From Candidatus Omnitrophota bacterium (GTDB lineage Bacteria > Omnitrophota > Gorgyraeia > 2-01-FULL-45-10): a stretch of DNA of 64,000 nucleotides. This document shows positions 9,403 to 18,826 of the stretch, one piece after another; positions within the stretch are counted from its first letter, which is position 1; each line of letters opens with the position of its first letter. Under the pieces are notes generated by a model. It had not been told where the DNA came from, did not search any database, and saw nothing but the letters and a program-made list of their open reading frames with translations. The position numbers and the translations under genes were made by a program. Location of the stretch: NCBI GenBank assembly GCA_030695905.1, contig JAUYOL010000036.1, forward strand, positions 118,814 to 182,813, read 5' to 3'.

Positions 9403-10340
9403 CTGCTACCCTTTATTGTCCTGCTAATACCCTCTTCCATAGTAAACGGCGGTTTCCAGCCCAGTAAATTGCTTATTTTGCCGCTATCAACGGTAAGGGC
9501 CCCTGCTAGCTTCTCTAACTCTTCATTCCTGCCTATGATTTTGGATAGCGCCTTTAAAATTCCGGGATATAAAGAAAATAAAACCGCCTTCTTACCCATA
9601 GCGCGAGCGAGCATCTTTATTAGATCCGGTGTAGACACATCGTCGCAATCGCTTACCATAAAAGTCTCGCCTGCCGCCAGCGGATGACTAATACAAGTAA
9701 TAATGGCATCCATCAAATTACCGATGTAAAGAAAGCTGCGCCGATTGTTGATACTTTTAAGCGGTAATGGCAGGCCAATGCCTACAATTTTAATTAAATT
9801 CTTAAAATTAGCCTTCACCCCCGGCCCATAAACCAAGGGAAGCCGCAGAACAACTACTTGAAGGCCGGTTTCAGCGGCTACGCGAGCCAAGGAATCTTCA
9901 GCTTCCCGCTTACTGATACCATAAGCATCTTTTGGCTCAGGAGGATCGTTTTCAGTATACGACCGCCTAGATCCCTCGCCATTTACTTTGACTGAACTGA
10001 TAAAGATAAATTTGTTAATTCCCGCCCTTGCAGCCATACGCGCCAAACGCTCCGTGCCCCGAACATTAACTTTACGAAAAACTTCAAGTGAATCCACGGC
10101 AGACTCTTTAGTAATATGGGCGCGCGCTGCTAAATGGATGACCGTATCCACTTTAGCTAAAACTTGCTGCCAATCCGTTGACTCGTTTATATCTCCCACT
10201 TTAATATATTCATCAACCCCGGAAATATACCGTACATTATTGCGTATAGCCACACGGACAGAATAGCCTTTTTCTTTCAAAAGAGCGCACAGATTGCGCC
10301 CTATAAATCCCGTTGCGCCTGTTACGAGAACTACTGACAT
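9399..10340 (-). CDS. NAD-dependent 4-reductase/epimerase (WbpV/WbpK-like)
   Basis: TGATGFIG, HLAARAH, ISSVKVNGE, YGISK, RLPLVYGPGVKANF, NRRS; typical neighbour of CapD in QuiNAc/FucNAc pathways. Confidence 0.85.
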   Translation of the reverse strand: MSVVLVTGATGFIGRNLCALLKEKGYSVRVAIRNNVRYISGVDEYIKVGDINESTDWQQVLAKVDTVIHLAARAHITKESAVDSLEVFRKVNVRGTERLARMAARAGINKFIFISSVKVNGEGSRRSYTENDPPEPKDAYGISKREAEDSLARVAAETGLQVVVLRLPLVYGPGVKANFKNLIKIVGIGLPLPLKSINNRRSFLYIGNLMDAIITCISHPLAAGETFMVSDCDDVSTPDLIKMLARAMGKKAVLFSLYPGILKALSKIIGRNEELEKLAGALTVDSGKISNLLGWKPPFTMEEGISRTIKGSR

Positions 10341-10344
10341 AAAA

Positions 10345-11463
10345 TCAACTCAAAATCCTTTGTATTTCTTTAAGATATGCGTCTACAACCATGGCTTCTT
10401 CAAATTTTCTTTTTACTTTATCGCGGCCGGCCTTACCCATCCTTAAGCGCTCCTCGGGTCTCAGTTCTATCATCTTGCCGAATGAATCGGCTAACGCCTG
10501 AGTGTCTTTGACGGGCACGGAAAAACCATCGATCCCTTCATCTACCACCTCGCGGCAGCCGATCGCGTCAGTTGTGATTATCGGTTTCTCCATGGCTAAT
10601 GCCTCTAAGAGAGACTTCGGGATTCCCTCGCGGTAGGACGGCAATACCACACAATCCGACCCGCAGATAAACGGCCTGACATCCTTAACTTCACCGTGGT
10701 AAACAATAATACCTTCCTTTTCCCAACTCTTTATTATTTCCATGCCGACCGCCGCTGGATTACCCGGGTCTATTATACCCACCAGCCAAAACTGTGTTTT
10801 CGGGTATTTTTGTCTCGTAAGTCTGGCGGCTTCAACAAATTCTTTCAGCCCCTTATCCCATAAAAACCTTCCCGTAAATAGAAAAACGAATGAGTCGTCG
10901 CCTCTTTTTAAAGAACCGCAAAAATCCGGACTGAAAAAATTTGTATTCACTCCGGATCCGTTCACGAGTACTGCCTTATTCCTCTTTATAATGCCTTTTC
11001 TTACGAACAGGTTCAGATCGTCCTTATTCTGAAAAAAAGTAGTCCTTGCAAAATGGCACCCTATCTTATAAAGGAATTTTATCAATTGATAAACCGGGCT
11101 TTTCTTAATAAAGAGATACCCTAAACCCGATATATTATCGATACATGGCACGCCCGCCAAAGCGGCTGCCACGGCGCCATAGATATTCGGCTTTGGAGTG
11201 TAGTGCACGGCTATATCGGGCCTTTCTTTTCGATATATCCTGTAAAGAGCGATGGTCTGCTTCAGATCCGTAAACAGGTTCATGCCCTTCCGGTCAATAA
11301 CCAAAGGAATGAAGCTAAAGCCCTTGCTTGTCACTTCATCCGCGTAGCCATTATCCTGGGCGCAGAATATCACATCATAACCTTTGGATTTCAAGCCCTT
11401 CATCAAGCCGACCCGAAAGTTGCGGATGGTCAAAGTCGTGTTGGATACGATTATTGCTTTCAT
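10345..11463 (-). CDS. GT4 glycosyltransferase (CapM/PglA-like)
   Basis: YTPKPNIYG, FFQNKDD, GSGVN, RFLWDKG, LPSYREGIPKSLLEA (EX7E), ITTDAIGCREVV. Confidence 0.92.
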   Translation of the reverse strand: MKAIIVSNTTLTIRNFRVGLMKGLKSKGYDVIFCAQDNGYADEVTSKGFSFIPLVIDRKGMNLFTDLKQTIALYRIYRKERPDIAVHYTPKPNIYGAVAAALAGVPCIDNISGLGYLFIKKSPVYQLIKFLYKIGCHFARTTFFQNKDDLNLFVRKGIIKRNKAVLVNGSGVNTNFFSPDFCGSLKRGDDSFVFLFTGRFLWDKGLKEFVEAARLTRQKYPKTQFWLVGIIDPGNPAAVGMEIIKSWEKEGIIVYHGEVKDVRPFICGSDCVVLPSYREGIPKSLLEALAMEKPIITTDAIGCREVVDEGIDGFSVPVKDTQALADSFGKMIELRPEERLRMGKAGRDKVKRKFEEAMVVDAYLKEIQRILS

Positions 11464-12878
11464 TCGGCCTTTTGTTTCTTTTTGATCTTCAGGCTATCGA
11501 GAAAAACCGTAAAACCCGCTATGCCCAAAGCCACCAAGGTTGTAATATACGGGTATCTCATACGATATAATGTCCCGATATTACTGATTGTCAGCCCATA
11601 GATAAGCATCATATAAACACAAAACGCAAAAATTGTCCAAATCTCAGCCCGTTTACGCCAGCGCCAGATCGCACACGGCAAAAATAGCAAAGCAAAATAC
11701 ACGACCATCATTTCATAAGAAGCTACCCTGCGCATCAAATAACTCCCCCGATATGTGCCCTCGCTAAACCACTGAGTCGGAAAAGGCGCCAGGAAGGCGA
11801 TCTGGGCCGCTCGGGGTAAATAGATTAGCATGTCTTTAGCGTTGCCAAATCCGATATCACAATCAATATTGCTCCTGGCTTCAGGGGCGCTCCCGCGAAA
11901 ACCCCGCCTTATTATAGCCAGGTGGCATGCATTGCGGTCAATAAATAAAGGGAGCCAGGACGACCTTTTCCAGCACATATCAATATTATTCTTTTCAATT
12001 ATTGTTCCTGCATCAGCTTCTACAACTATGGGGCTTTCAATTGTAGAGGATATATTCTGTACTGAGGATTTTTCGGCGTGGAACTGAGCGCTTACAACAC
12101 TTTTTTTTAAATCGGCTGGGTGTAACTGCGCTGATATTAAAAGTATAAATAGCATATCCAATAAAATGAGCGCTGTTTTATGCCATGATATATCTTTTTT
12201 AAATGCCCTGATAAAGAGTACTAAAAAAAGTATGGAAAAAAATGAAATTACAAACGGCATTACAATCATTAACATATAAGAACGCACAAGCCACAGTAGA
12301 ATAAAACCGCAAATACAAAAGATAATTGAATAAAAACTGATAGAAAACCAACTAACGGCTTTATTGCTCGCTAATTTGACTAATGAAACTAGGCCGTACA
12401 AAAGCATTACTACGCCTAATACGCTAAAGATATCTTTATGTAATTGAGCGGTCCACTGCAGGTTTGATGGAAAGACTAAAAAAGGTAAAGCACAAAGGAT
12501 CGATTTGAACTTATTGTTTATAAATAAATCCAGAAGGTTAACCAAGACCAGCGCGGCGCTTGCATGCAAGGCGGCATTTAGAGGGATGAGTATCCTGGCA
12601 TTCGGTAAAAAAACATAAAATATAGATGCTATACCGGATACAACATGGCCTTCCGGCTTTAATTGCCATGCCGACCAGCCTTGGGCGTGAATTTTATTGG
12701 CCGATTCCAAGGCTAATTTATGAAAACCAATGCTATCGAAAGAACAAATAAGCAGTCCGCTGCCGGCATGCAAACCTGGGAAGACATACGGTAATAACAC
12801 AAACTGCACAAAAGCGGAAACACAGAATGTATAAAAGAAAAAGATGCACCATAATTTTAGATTATTTATTTTATCCAT
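11460..12878 (-). CDS. Polytopic membrane protein, probable O-antigen polymerase (Wzy-like)
   Basis: 10 or more hydrophobic segments, LHKD motif, large periplasmic loop, C-terminal NIGTLYRMRYP; lies between two GT genes. Confidence 0.6.
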   Translation of the reverse strand: MDKINNLKLWCIFFFYTFCVSAFVQFVLLPYVFPGLHAGSGLLICSFDSIGFHKLALESANKIHAQGWSAWQLKPEGHVVSGIASIFYVFLPNARILIPLNAALHASAALVLVNLLDLFINNKFKSILCALPFLVFPSNLQWTAQLHKDIFSVLGVVMLLYGLVSLVKLASNKAVSWFSISFYSIIFCICGFILLWLVRSYMLMIVMPFVISFFSILFLVLFIRAFKKDISWHKTALILLDMLFILLISAQLHPADLKKSVVSAQFHAEKSSVQNISSTIESPIVVEADAGTIIEKNNIDMCWKRSSWLPLFIDRNACHLAIIRRGFRGSAPEARSNIDCDIGFGNAKDMLIYLPRAAQIAFLAPFPTQWFSEGTYRGSYLMRRVASYEMMVVYFALLFLPCAIWRWRKRAEIWTIFAFCVYMMLIYGLTISNIGTLYRMRYPYITTLVALGIAGFTVFLDSLKIKKKQKAE

Positions 12879-13822
12879 CGAAACTTGCCTTCTATTTTAC
12901 GGTCATGCAACCATTTCCATGCCGTATACGGTAGGTACGTCAAAATATACAATACAAAAAATACGGAGGCAGCAAATCTGTATGGCGCCAGTTCGGACCT
13001 GGCAGATTTCGGATCATGTTTTTCCACGTGTACTTTCGCCTGCCAATATGCCAGCTTTGCCTCATAATACCTGATCTCGGAAGCATATTTTAGTTCTATC
13101 GAATCGTCAATTTTTTTTAACTTATTTAATATGTACCTCATTTCCATTGGATGCATATGATGAAGTTTTTTGCTACTCATATCCCCATGGATACGATAAA
13201 TTGCAAGCGGCTCGTCGATATATAATGCTTGTAATTTTAAAAGAATTCTCATAAAAAAATCAAATTCTTCTGACAGACCAAGTTTTTCGTCAAATTTCTC
13301 ATCAAGTCTCTTGACAGCGCTCATCCTGAGCATTGCAGTCTGCAAAGCAACCGGATAATTATACAAGAAACTCCCGAAAACATTTCCTTCCGGCTGCTGT
13401 CCGCTCAAAGCGGGTATTAAATTGCCTGTTTTTGGCATTATTAACCTAAAGTAGTTGCCGTAAACAAAATCGATATCACTTCTATTGTTTAATGCGCCTA
13501 CCTGCTTTTCAAGAGTTCTTGGCAGCCATTTATCATCGCAATCTAAAAATGCCAGATACTGCCCTCTAGCTTCGGCCATAGCAAGATTCCTGGCCTTGCC
13601 AAGCACGAAACATTGATCGCTTTTAAAATAACGCAGCTTTGGGCCATAGCTTTTCGCAATACCGGCGCTCCCATCGGTAGACGCATTATCCCAAAAGATG
13701 ATCTCCCAATCGGTATAACTTTGTGCATATATACTGCCGAGAGCTTCTCGTAAATACTCCTCACCGTTCCTGCAGTTCATTATTACACTTACGAGAGGAT
13801 TGGCAACACTCGCTTTATCCAT
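12866..13822 (-). CDS. GT2 glycosyltransferase
   Basis: PLVSVIMNCRNGE, WEIIFWDNASTDGS, ARN, FLDCDD (DxD). Start moved to ATG at 13822 (MDKASV), just after the epimerase stop. Confidence 0.9.
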   Translation of the reverse strand: MDKASVANPLVSVIMNCRNGEEYLREALGSIYAQSYTDWEIIFWDNASTDGSAGIAKSYGPKLRYFKSDQCFVLGKARNLAMAEARGQYLAFLDCDDKWLPRTLEKQVGALNNRSDIDFVYGNYFRLIMPKTGNLIPALSGQQPEGNVFGSFLYNYPVALQTAMLRMSAVKRLDEKFDEKLGLSEEFDFFMRILLKLQALYIDEPLAIYRIHGDMSSKKLHHMHPMEMRYILNKLKKIDDSIELKYASEIRYYEAKLAYWQAKVHVEKHDPKSARSELAPYRFAASVFFVLYILTYLPYTAWKWLHDRKIEGKFRWIK

Positions 13823-13826
13823 GACT

Positions 13827-14264
13827 CTATTTCCAGGCATATGGGATTGCTGCATCGGTAGGGCCAGCCCTTTTGATCTCGTTCGGATCATGGGGCATGT
13901 CAGCACAATTTGCTATAAGTGCCGGGATATCGGACATTCCTTTAAAACCGTACCATAACATAGGTGGTATTTTTACTAAACAGTAATTGTCCTCCCCTAT
14001 CTCCATTTCCAGCATTTCACCCTTGGTTGAAGAACCCTCCCTGTCATCGAATATGACTAATTTAACCTTGCCTACCGGGACTGCAAAACACTGCGTCATC
14101 TTCAAATGCTTTCTCCATGCCTTCACTACGCCGCTATTTACGGAAGAAAAATATATTTCTCCGAATGCCGTAAAAAGGGGCGAGTCCCGCCTGATCATGT
14201 GCATAACCTTGCCGCGGTTATCTTCTATCTTTTGCAACTTCTCTGTCAAAACGCCGCCTATCAT
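13827..14264 (-). CDS. NDP-4-keto-6-deoxyhexose 3,5-epimerase family cupin (RmlC-like)
   Basis: DNRG, FGEIYFS, VKAWRKH, VIFDDREGS, IPPMLWYGF. Start moved to ATG at 14264 (MIGGV), 4 nt after the rfbG stop. Confidence 0.82.
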   Translation of the reverse strand: MIGGVLTEKLQKIEDNRGKVMHMIRRDSPLFTAFGEIYFSSVNSGVVKAWRKHLKMTQCFAVPVGKVKLVIFDDREGSSTKGEMLEMEIGEDNYCLVKIPPMLWYGFKGMSDIPALIANCADMPHDPNEIKRAGPTDAAIPYAWK

Positions 14265-14268
14265 ATCT

Positions 14269-15393
14269 CTAATCCTTCGCCCAATTAAGATTATGGGTTC
14301 GTGCCTCTGAAACATAATAATCTATCTGCTGCGCCGTAAAATCTAACATGCTCTTACTCTTGTCCTTATAATATTTCTCATACCATTCGGCTGCCATCTT
14401 TATGGTATCGGGAAAAGACAGTATCGCGTGCCAACCAAGTAGTCTTAGGGCCTTGTCGCTGGATACTTTTAAAAACATGCTTTCCCGTGATATTTTTTTC
14501 TCGCTTAAATACTTCCATTTATTATTTCCGCCGAAATACCCCGAAAACAGCTTAATAAGCTCTCTCACCGATTTGCCCATCTCATGGCTCGGGCCGAAAT
14601 TAAATGACTCGCCGCATAGTTTATTGGATTCGCAGACTCTTGCCCCCAACCATAAATATCCGCTTAATGGTTCGAGAACGTGCTGCCATGGCCTCGTTGC
14701 TTTAGGATTTCTGATAAGCACCTGTCTGTCAGCGCTCCATGCCCTGACACAGTCCGGCACCAATCTATCGGCGGCCCAATCCCCTCCCCCTATCACGTTC
14801 CCTGCCCTGGCTGTAACCATTTTACAATTATTATAAGGTCTGCTGAAAAAAGATTTAACGTATGAATGACAGACCAGTTCGGCACACGCCTTCGAAGTAC
14901 CGTAGGGATCGTTTCCGCCGAGCTCATCTGTCTCCCTGTATCCCCATTCCCATTCCATGTTCTTATAACATTTGTCGCTTGTTATCATTACGCCTACAAT
15001 TTTAGTCTGCATGTGGCGCATACACTCCAGGACATTGACGGTACCCAGGACATTAGTCTCAAAAGTCGTTTTCGGATCAAGGTAGGCCTTGTTTACAATA
15101 GGTTGGGCAGCCAAGTGAAATACAAAATCGGGTCTATGTTTTACGAATACTTTTTTCAGAAAGTCGTAGTCCCGCACATCCCCTTTTATGTGCTCGATAA
15201 ATTTATTAATCCTGCAAACCGAGAATAAACATGGATTAGACGGCAAATATGATGAATATCCTATTACTTTAGCGCCTAATAAATTTAACCATACAGAAAG
15301 CCACGACCCCTTAAAACCCGTGTCTCCGGTAACTAATACCGTCTTTCCTTTGTAGGCATTTTTAAGATCCGCTTTATTTTTAAGTCTACTCAT
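14269..15393 (-). CDS. rfbG: CDP-glucose 4,6-dehydratase
   Basis: VTGDTGFKGSWL, HLAAQP, TSDKCY, LGGNDPYGTSK, RAGNVIGGGDWAADRLVPD, TRPWQHVLEPLSGY. Confidence 0.93.
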   Translation of the reverse strand: MSRLKNKADLKNAYKGKTVLVTGDTGFKGSWLSVWLNLLGAKVIGYSSYLPSNPCLFSVCRINKFIEHIKGDVRDYDFLKKVFVKHRPDFVFHLAAQPIVNKAYLDPKTTFETNVLGTVNVLECMRHMQTKIVGVMITSDKCYKNMEWEWGYRETDELGGNDPYGTSKACAELVCHSYVKSFFSRPYNNCKMVTARAGNVIGGGDWAADRLVPDCVRAWSADRQVLIRNPKATRPWQHVLEPLSGYLWLGARVCESNKLCGESFNFGPSHEMGKSVRELIKLFSGYFGGNNKWKYLSEKKISRESMFLKVSSDKALRLLGWHAILSFPDTIKMAAEWYEKYYKDKSKSMLDFTAQQIDYYVSEARTHNLNWAKD

Positions 15394-15409
15394 ATCATCT
15401 CCCGGTTAT

Positions 15410-15443
15410 ATTATATTAGTTATGATTAGAACGAACAAGTCAA
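15410..15443 (-). promoter_or_regulatory. Possible internal sigma70-type promoter upstream of rfbG
   Basis: AT-rich 59-bp gap; TTGACT (15443-15438) with TAATAT at a 19-nt spacer or TATAAT at a 22-nt spacer; followed by GGGAGA ribosome-binding site. Spacing is suboptimal. Confidence 0.45.
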
Positions 15444-15452
15444 TTTTATCTA

Positions 15453-16568
15453 TCAGTAAAAAACTTTTATTCTCTTTACTATATAGGCCTGATCCTTTTT
15501 GGTAACGTCCGGATGTAAGGGAATACTAAGCAGTTCGCTATGCATTTTCTCCGTTATCGGCAAATGAACGTTGCCTTTTTCATAATACTTTAAAAGATGG
15601 TTGGGATAATAATGAATACCGCATTCTATACCGCTGTCTATCAAATGCTGTCTCAAGCTGTCCCTCTTGTCTTTTTTTACCTTTATCGGAAATATATGCG
15701 GCACCACTTTATCATAATCGCATGGAAATAAAGATATGCCGGAAAGATCTCCCAACTCACTACAATATCTTTTGGCCAATTCTTGCCTGCAAGGTTTGAA
15801 TTCTTTTTCAAACCTGGCAAGTTGGGTAATACCTATTGCCGCAAACAGATTACTCATATGATACCGGTACCCCTGATGAAAGACATTGAATTCCCAGCTT
15901 CTCTGACCCTTATATCTCTTTTCAGTATCTTTATGAATACCCAAAAGCCTGGCGTCCATAACGAACCGGATCACCGTGGGATCGTTTGTCACCACTGCGC
16001 CGCCCTCTCCGGAGGTTATATTCTTTATCCCGTCGAAACTGAAACATACCACATCCCCAAAAGAACCTATTTTTTTATCACTATAAACGGTCCCAAAAGC
16101 ATGGGCCGCGTCCTCCACTACCCTGAGTCCGTTTTTTTTCGCAAATTTATATACTTCATCGAGGTTACCCGGCCATCCGGCATAATGGACCGGCATTATG
16201 GCCCTGGTCCTTTTAGTCAACCGCTTCCCGGCATCTCTTAGATCTATAGTGCATGTTTCAGGCATTATCTCACATGGCACAGGACGAGCTCCCACAGCTG
16301 TTATGGCCTGAAAACATCCCACAAAGGTAAGCGATTGCACCAACACTTCATCGCCCGGGACGAGACCGATCCCCCTCAATGCAAGATGAAGAGCCGCCGT
16401 GCCCGAATTTACACAAATGACTTTCCCGCCTCCGACGTAACCTTCTAGCGCCTTTTCAAACTCATTGACATATTTTCCCATCCCCAGATAAGAATCGTCG
16501 ATAACCCTGCCTAATGCCTTCTTCTCAAGGTCTCCCACTATCGATTTAGATAGCCGTATTTTTTTCAT
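15453..16568 (-). CDS. DegT/DnrJ/EryC1/StrS PLP-dependent sugar aminotransferase
   Basis: NSGTAALHLAL, GDEVLV, MPVHYAG, VEDAAHAFG, FSFDGIKNITSGEGG (catalytic Lys), GYRYHMS. Confidence 0.93.
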   Translation of the reverse strand: MKKIRLSKSIVGDLEKKALGRVIDDSYLGMGKYVNEFEKALEGYVGGGKVICVNSGTAALHLALRGIGLVPGDEVLVQSLTFVGCFQAITAVGARPVPCEIMPETCTIDLRDAGKRLTKRTRAIMPVHYAGWPGNLDEVYKFAKKNGLRVVEDAAHAFGTVYSDKKIGSFGDVVCFSFDGIKNITSGEGGAVVTNDPTVIRFVMDARLLGIHKDTEKRYKGQRSWEFNVFHQGYRYHMSNLFAAIGITQLARFEKEFKPCRQELAKRYCSELGDLSGISLFPCDYDKVVPHIFPIKVKKDKRDSLRQHLIDSGIECGIHYYPNHLLKYYEKGNVHLPITEKMHSELLSIPLHPDVTKKDQAYIVKRIKVFY

Positions 16569-16580
16569 CTCACGATCTTT

Positions 16581-17330
16581 CTATGCCTTGGCCTCAACCC
16601 AATAAGTATCCCATCTGGTCTTCTTTTTAAACATGCCGTCCTGGATAACGCGGAATCCGGCCGATCTCATGGCATTAAAAAATTCATTTCTATTCCTTGA
16701 ATATCCCCAGAGCTGACCCCTTTCCTTCAGGCCCAGCGTTTCCAAAAATCGTCTCGATATATTTTTCAATTCATTTAACAGTATGTCAAAAAAGGCCGAT
16801 GGTTCAAAAGACCAACTGATCAGGATACACCTTCCACCTTTTAATAGACGAAATCTGACATTTTTAAGAAGCGCTGTTAATTGCTCCTGATCCAGACAAT
16901 ATTCAACTCCCGCAAGATAGATCACATCAAAACCAATATCCGGAGGGATACATCCCGGGAAAGTTCCCACAAATATTTTCTCTTCCGGCATATGTTTCCT
17001 TATCCATGCAAGCGATTCTCCCGACCCCTCCGCTATGCTGAGATTAAACGGACCTATACCCAGCAGCGCTTTTTCTATCATGCCTATGCCGCATCCAACT
17101 GATAATATCCTGATATCTCCCAAACCTGAAAATCCATCCCGCAAAAACTCAGCGGTCTGTATTTTTAATTCGACCCATTCCGGATCAAGCTCATCCCAAT
17201 CCCTGTATCTTCCCAACAGCTTTTTGTAATACTCTTTATAAAAATCAGCAGCCGCAATGCGGACGGGAGAAACGGCGATAAAATCCTTGAAACGGATACC
17301 GTGCCATTCGTTCTGGAAAATCTTTCTCAT
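16581..17330 (-). CDS. Class I SAM-dependent methyltransferase
   Basis: ILSVGCGIG motif I, FDVIY, LLKGG. Start moved to ATG at 17330 (ATGA overlap). Confidence 0.8.
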   Translation of the reverse strand: MRKIFQNEWHGIRFKDFIAVSPVRIAAADFYKEYYKKLLGRYRDWDELDPEWVELKIQTAEFLRDGFSGLGDIRILSVGCGIGMIEKALLGIGPFNLSIAEGSGESLAWIRKHMPEEKIFVGTFPGCIPPDIGFDVIYLAGVEYCLDQEQLTALLKNVRFRLLKGGRCILISWSFEPSAFFDILLNELKNISRRFLETLGLKERGQLWGYSRNRNEFFNAMRSAGFRVIQDGMFKKKTRWDTYWVEAKA

Positions 17331-18826
17331 CTTAATCCTTCTCCGGACTTTTGGCGTATAAATATGGAAACCTTTTTGATAAAGTAAATGGGATCGCCCA
17401 GTAATTTCCATAAACATTTTTTCAAAAAAAGCATCGGAGAATTTATGAAAAAACTCCTTAAAAGATATTTTTCGCCTTCTGCGAGTATTTTTTTCAATTT
17501 TTTACCATCAAATTCCGGCGTAGAGACAGCAAAACTCCTGATATGCAGATCGTCAAGAGTAAAATCACTGCAAAGATAATTTTGCTTTTTGCATATATCA
17601 TAAAGTTCCGAGCCAGGATAAGGAGTTGCTATAGAAATATGCGGCGTGAAGACGCCGAGCTCTCTGGAAAGGCTAAAACTGTCCCACATCTGATCCTCCG
17701 TCTCACCGGGCATACCGATGACAAGGAAAAGGCCTACGTTTAAACCGATGCTCTTTGCGTATTTAACCAGCGGCTTTACCTTATCAAGATTTAATGGTTT
17801 TTTTATCAACCTGTCGAGGACATCCTTATTTCCGGATTCTACTGCAAAGTTTATTGTGCGGCAACCGCTCTTCTTCATCTTATCTATAAGACATTCGCTT
17901 AAGGTCCATGCGGCTATGCCGTTAGGAGTGTCCCATTCCATATCCAGCCTACTCTGCACCATGCCGTCAAATATCGCCTCGGCTCTTTTCGAATCCAGCG
18001 TTAAATTGTCATCCTCAAACATTATCTCCTCTATACCGTATTCCGCTTTTATCTGTTTCAGTTCTTTTATTACATTCTCGCAAGAACGGGGCCTGAAAGA
18101 CCGACCCCATACCGCATATGCGGAACAAAACGAACATCTCGCCGGGCACCCTCTCGAAGTTATTACAGGAGAAAAACGCCTTTTCCTCCTGTCTCCATGG
18201 GAAGATCTTAACCCAAAATACTTGTCCATATTCAACAGATGCCTGGCAGGAAAAGGCAATGAATCCAAATCATCTATAAACCTTTTTTTTGGGAGCACTT
18301 TAATCCGGCTGTCTTTTCGGTATCCAAACCCATCTAGCCCTGAAAGATCACATCTGCCCTCCAATAAATGCACCAGGTCTATGATTGTGCGTTCTCCCTC
18401 GCCAAGGACCACATAATCTGTGTTGGGGTCGGAGAGGACAAGTTCCGGCATAACCGTTGGATGCGCTCCGCCTGCAACCGTAATAATCATATTATTTACT
18501 TTTTTTGCTATTTTATATATCTCATGCGCGTTCTGACGCTGAATCGTAAAAAGGTTGTTCACGCCCACGATATCAGGACCGTAAGATTCTATAATCTTCT
18601 CTATCTCCTTGAAAGAAAGCCCTATTCTTATCATCTTATCTGATATTTCAGCATGGTCACTCCAACCGTCTATCAAACAGTCTACTATTTTTGTTTCTAT
18701 ACCTTCTCTCTCTAAAACGGCTGCCAGGTACCCAAGCCCAAGCGGGGGCATCGGATTAATATCAATCCTGTCCTTAAATGTAACTGCCGGGGGGATAAAC
18801 AAAAGGGCCTTTTTTATCTTCTTCAT
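17327..18826 (-). CDS. Cobalamin-binding radical SAM protein
   Basis: PPLGLGYLAAVL, GGAHPT, GEGE, TSRGCPARCSFC, FEDDNL, AVESG, IGMPGET, PYPGS. Confidence 0.93.
   Translation of the reverse strand: MKKIKKALLFIPPAVTFKDRIDINPMPPLGLGYLAAVLEREGIETKIVDCLIDGWSDHAEISDKMIRIGLSFKEIEKIIESYGPDIVGVNNLFTIQRQNAHEIYKIAKKVNNMIITVAGGAHPTVMPELVLSDPNTDYVVLGEGERTIIDLVHLLEGRCDLSGLDGFGYRKDSRIKVLPKKRFIDDLDSLPFPARHLLNMDKYFGLRSSHGDRRKRRFSPVITSRGCPARCSFCSAYAVWGRSFRPRSCENVIKELKQIKAEYGIEEIMFEDDNLTLDSKRAEAIFDGMVQSRLDMEWDTPNGIAAWTLSECLIDKMKKSGCRTINFAVESGNKDVLDRLIKKPLNLDKVKPLVKYAKSIGLNVGLFLVIGMPGETEDQMWDSFSLSRELGVFTPHISIATPYPGSELYDICKKQNYLCSDFTLDDLHIRSFAVSTPEFDGKKLKKILAEGEKYLLRSFFINSPMLFLKKCLWKLLGDPIYFIKKVSIFIRQKSGEGLR

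Noticed and set aside
15453-16568. DegT next to rfbG as RfbH/DdhC (3-dehydrase for 3,6-dideoxyhexoses)
   Set aside because: It retains the Schiff-base Lys (SFDGIKN), is shorter than RfbH and lacks the His substitution and Fe-S Cys motif.
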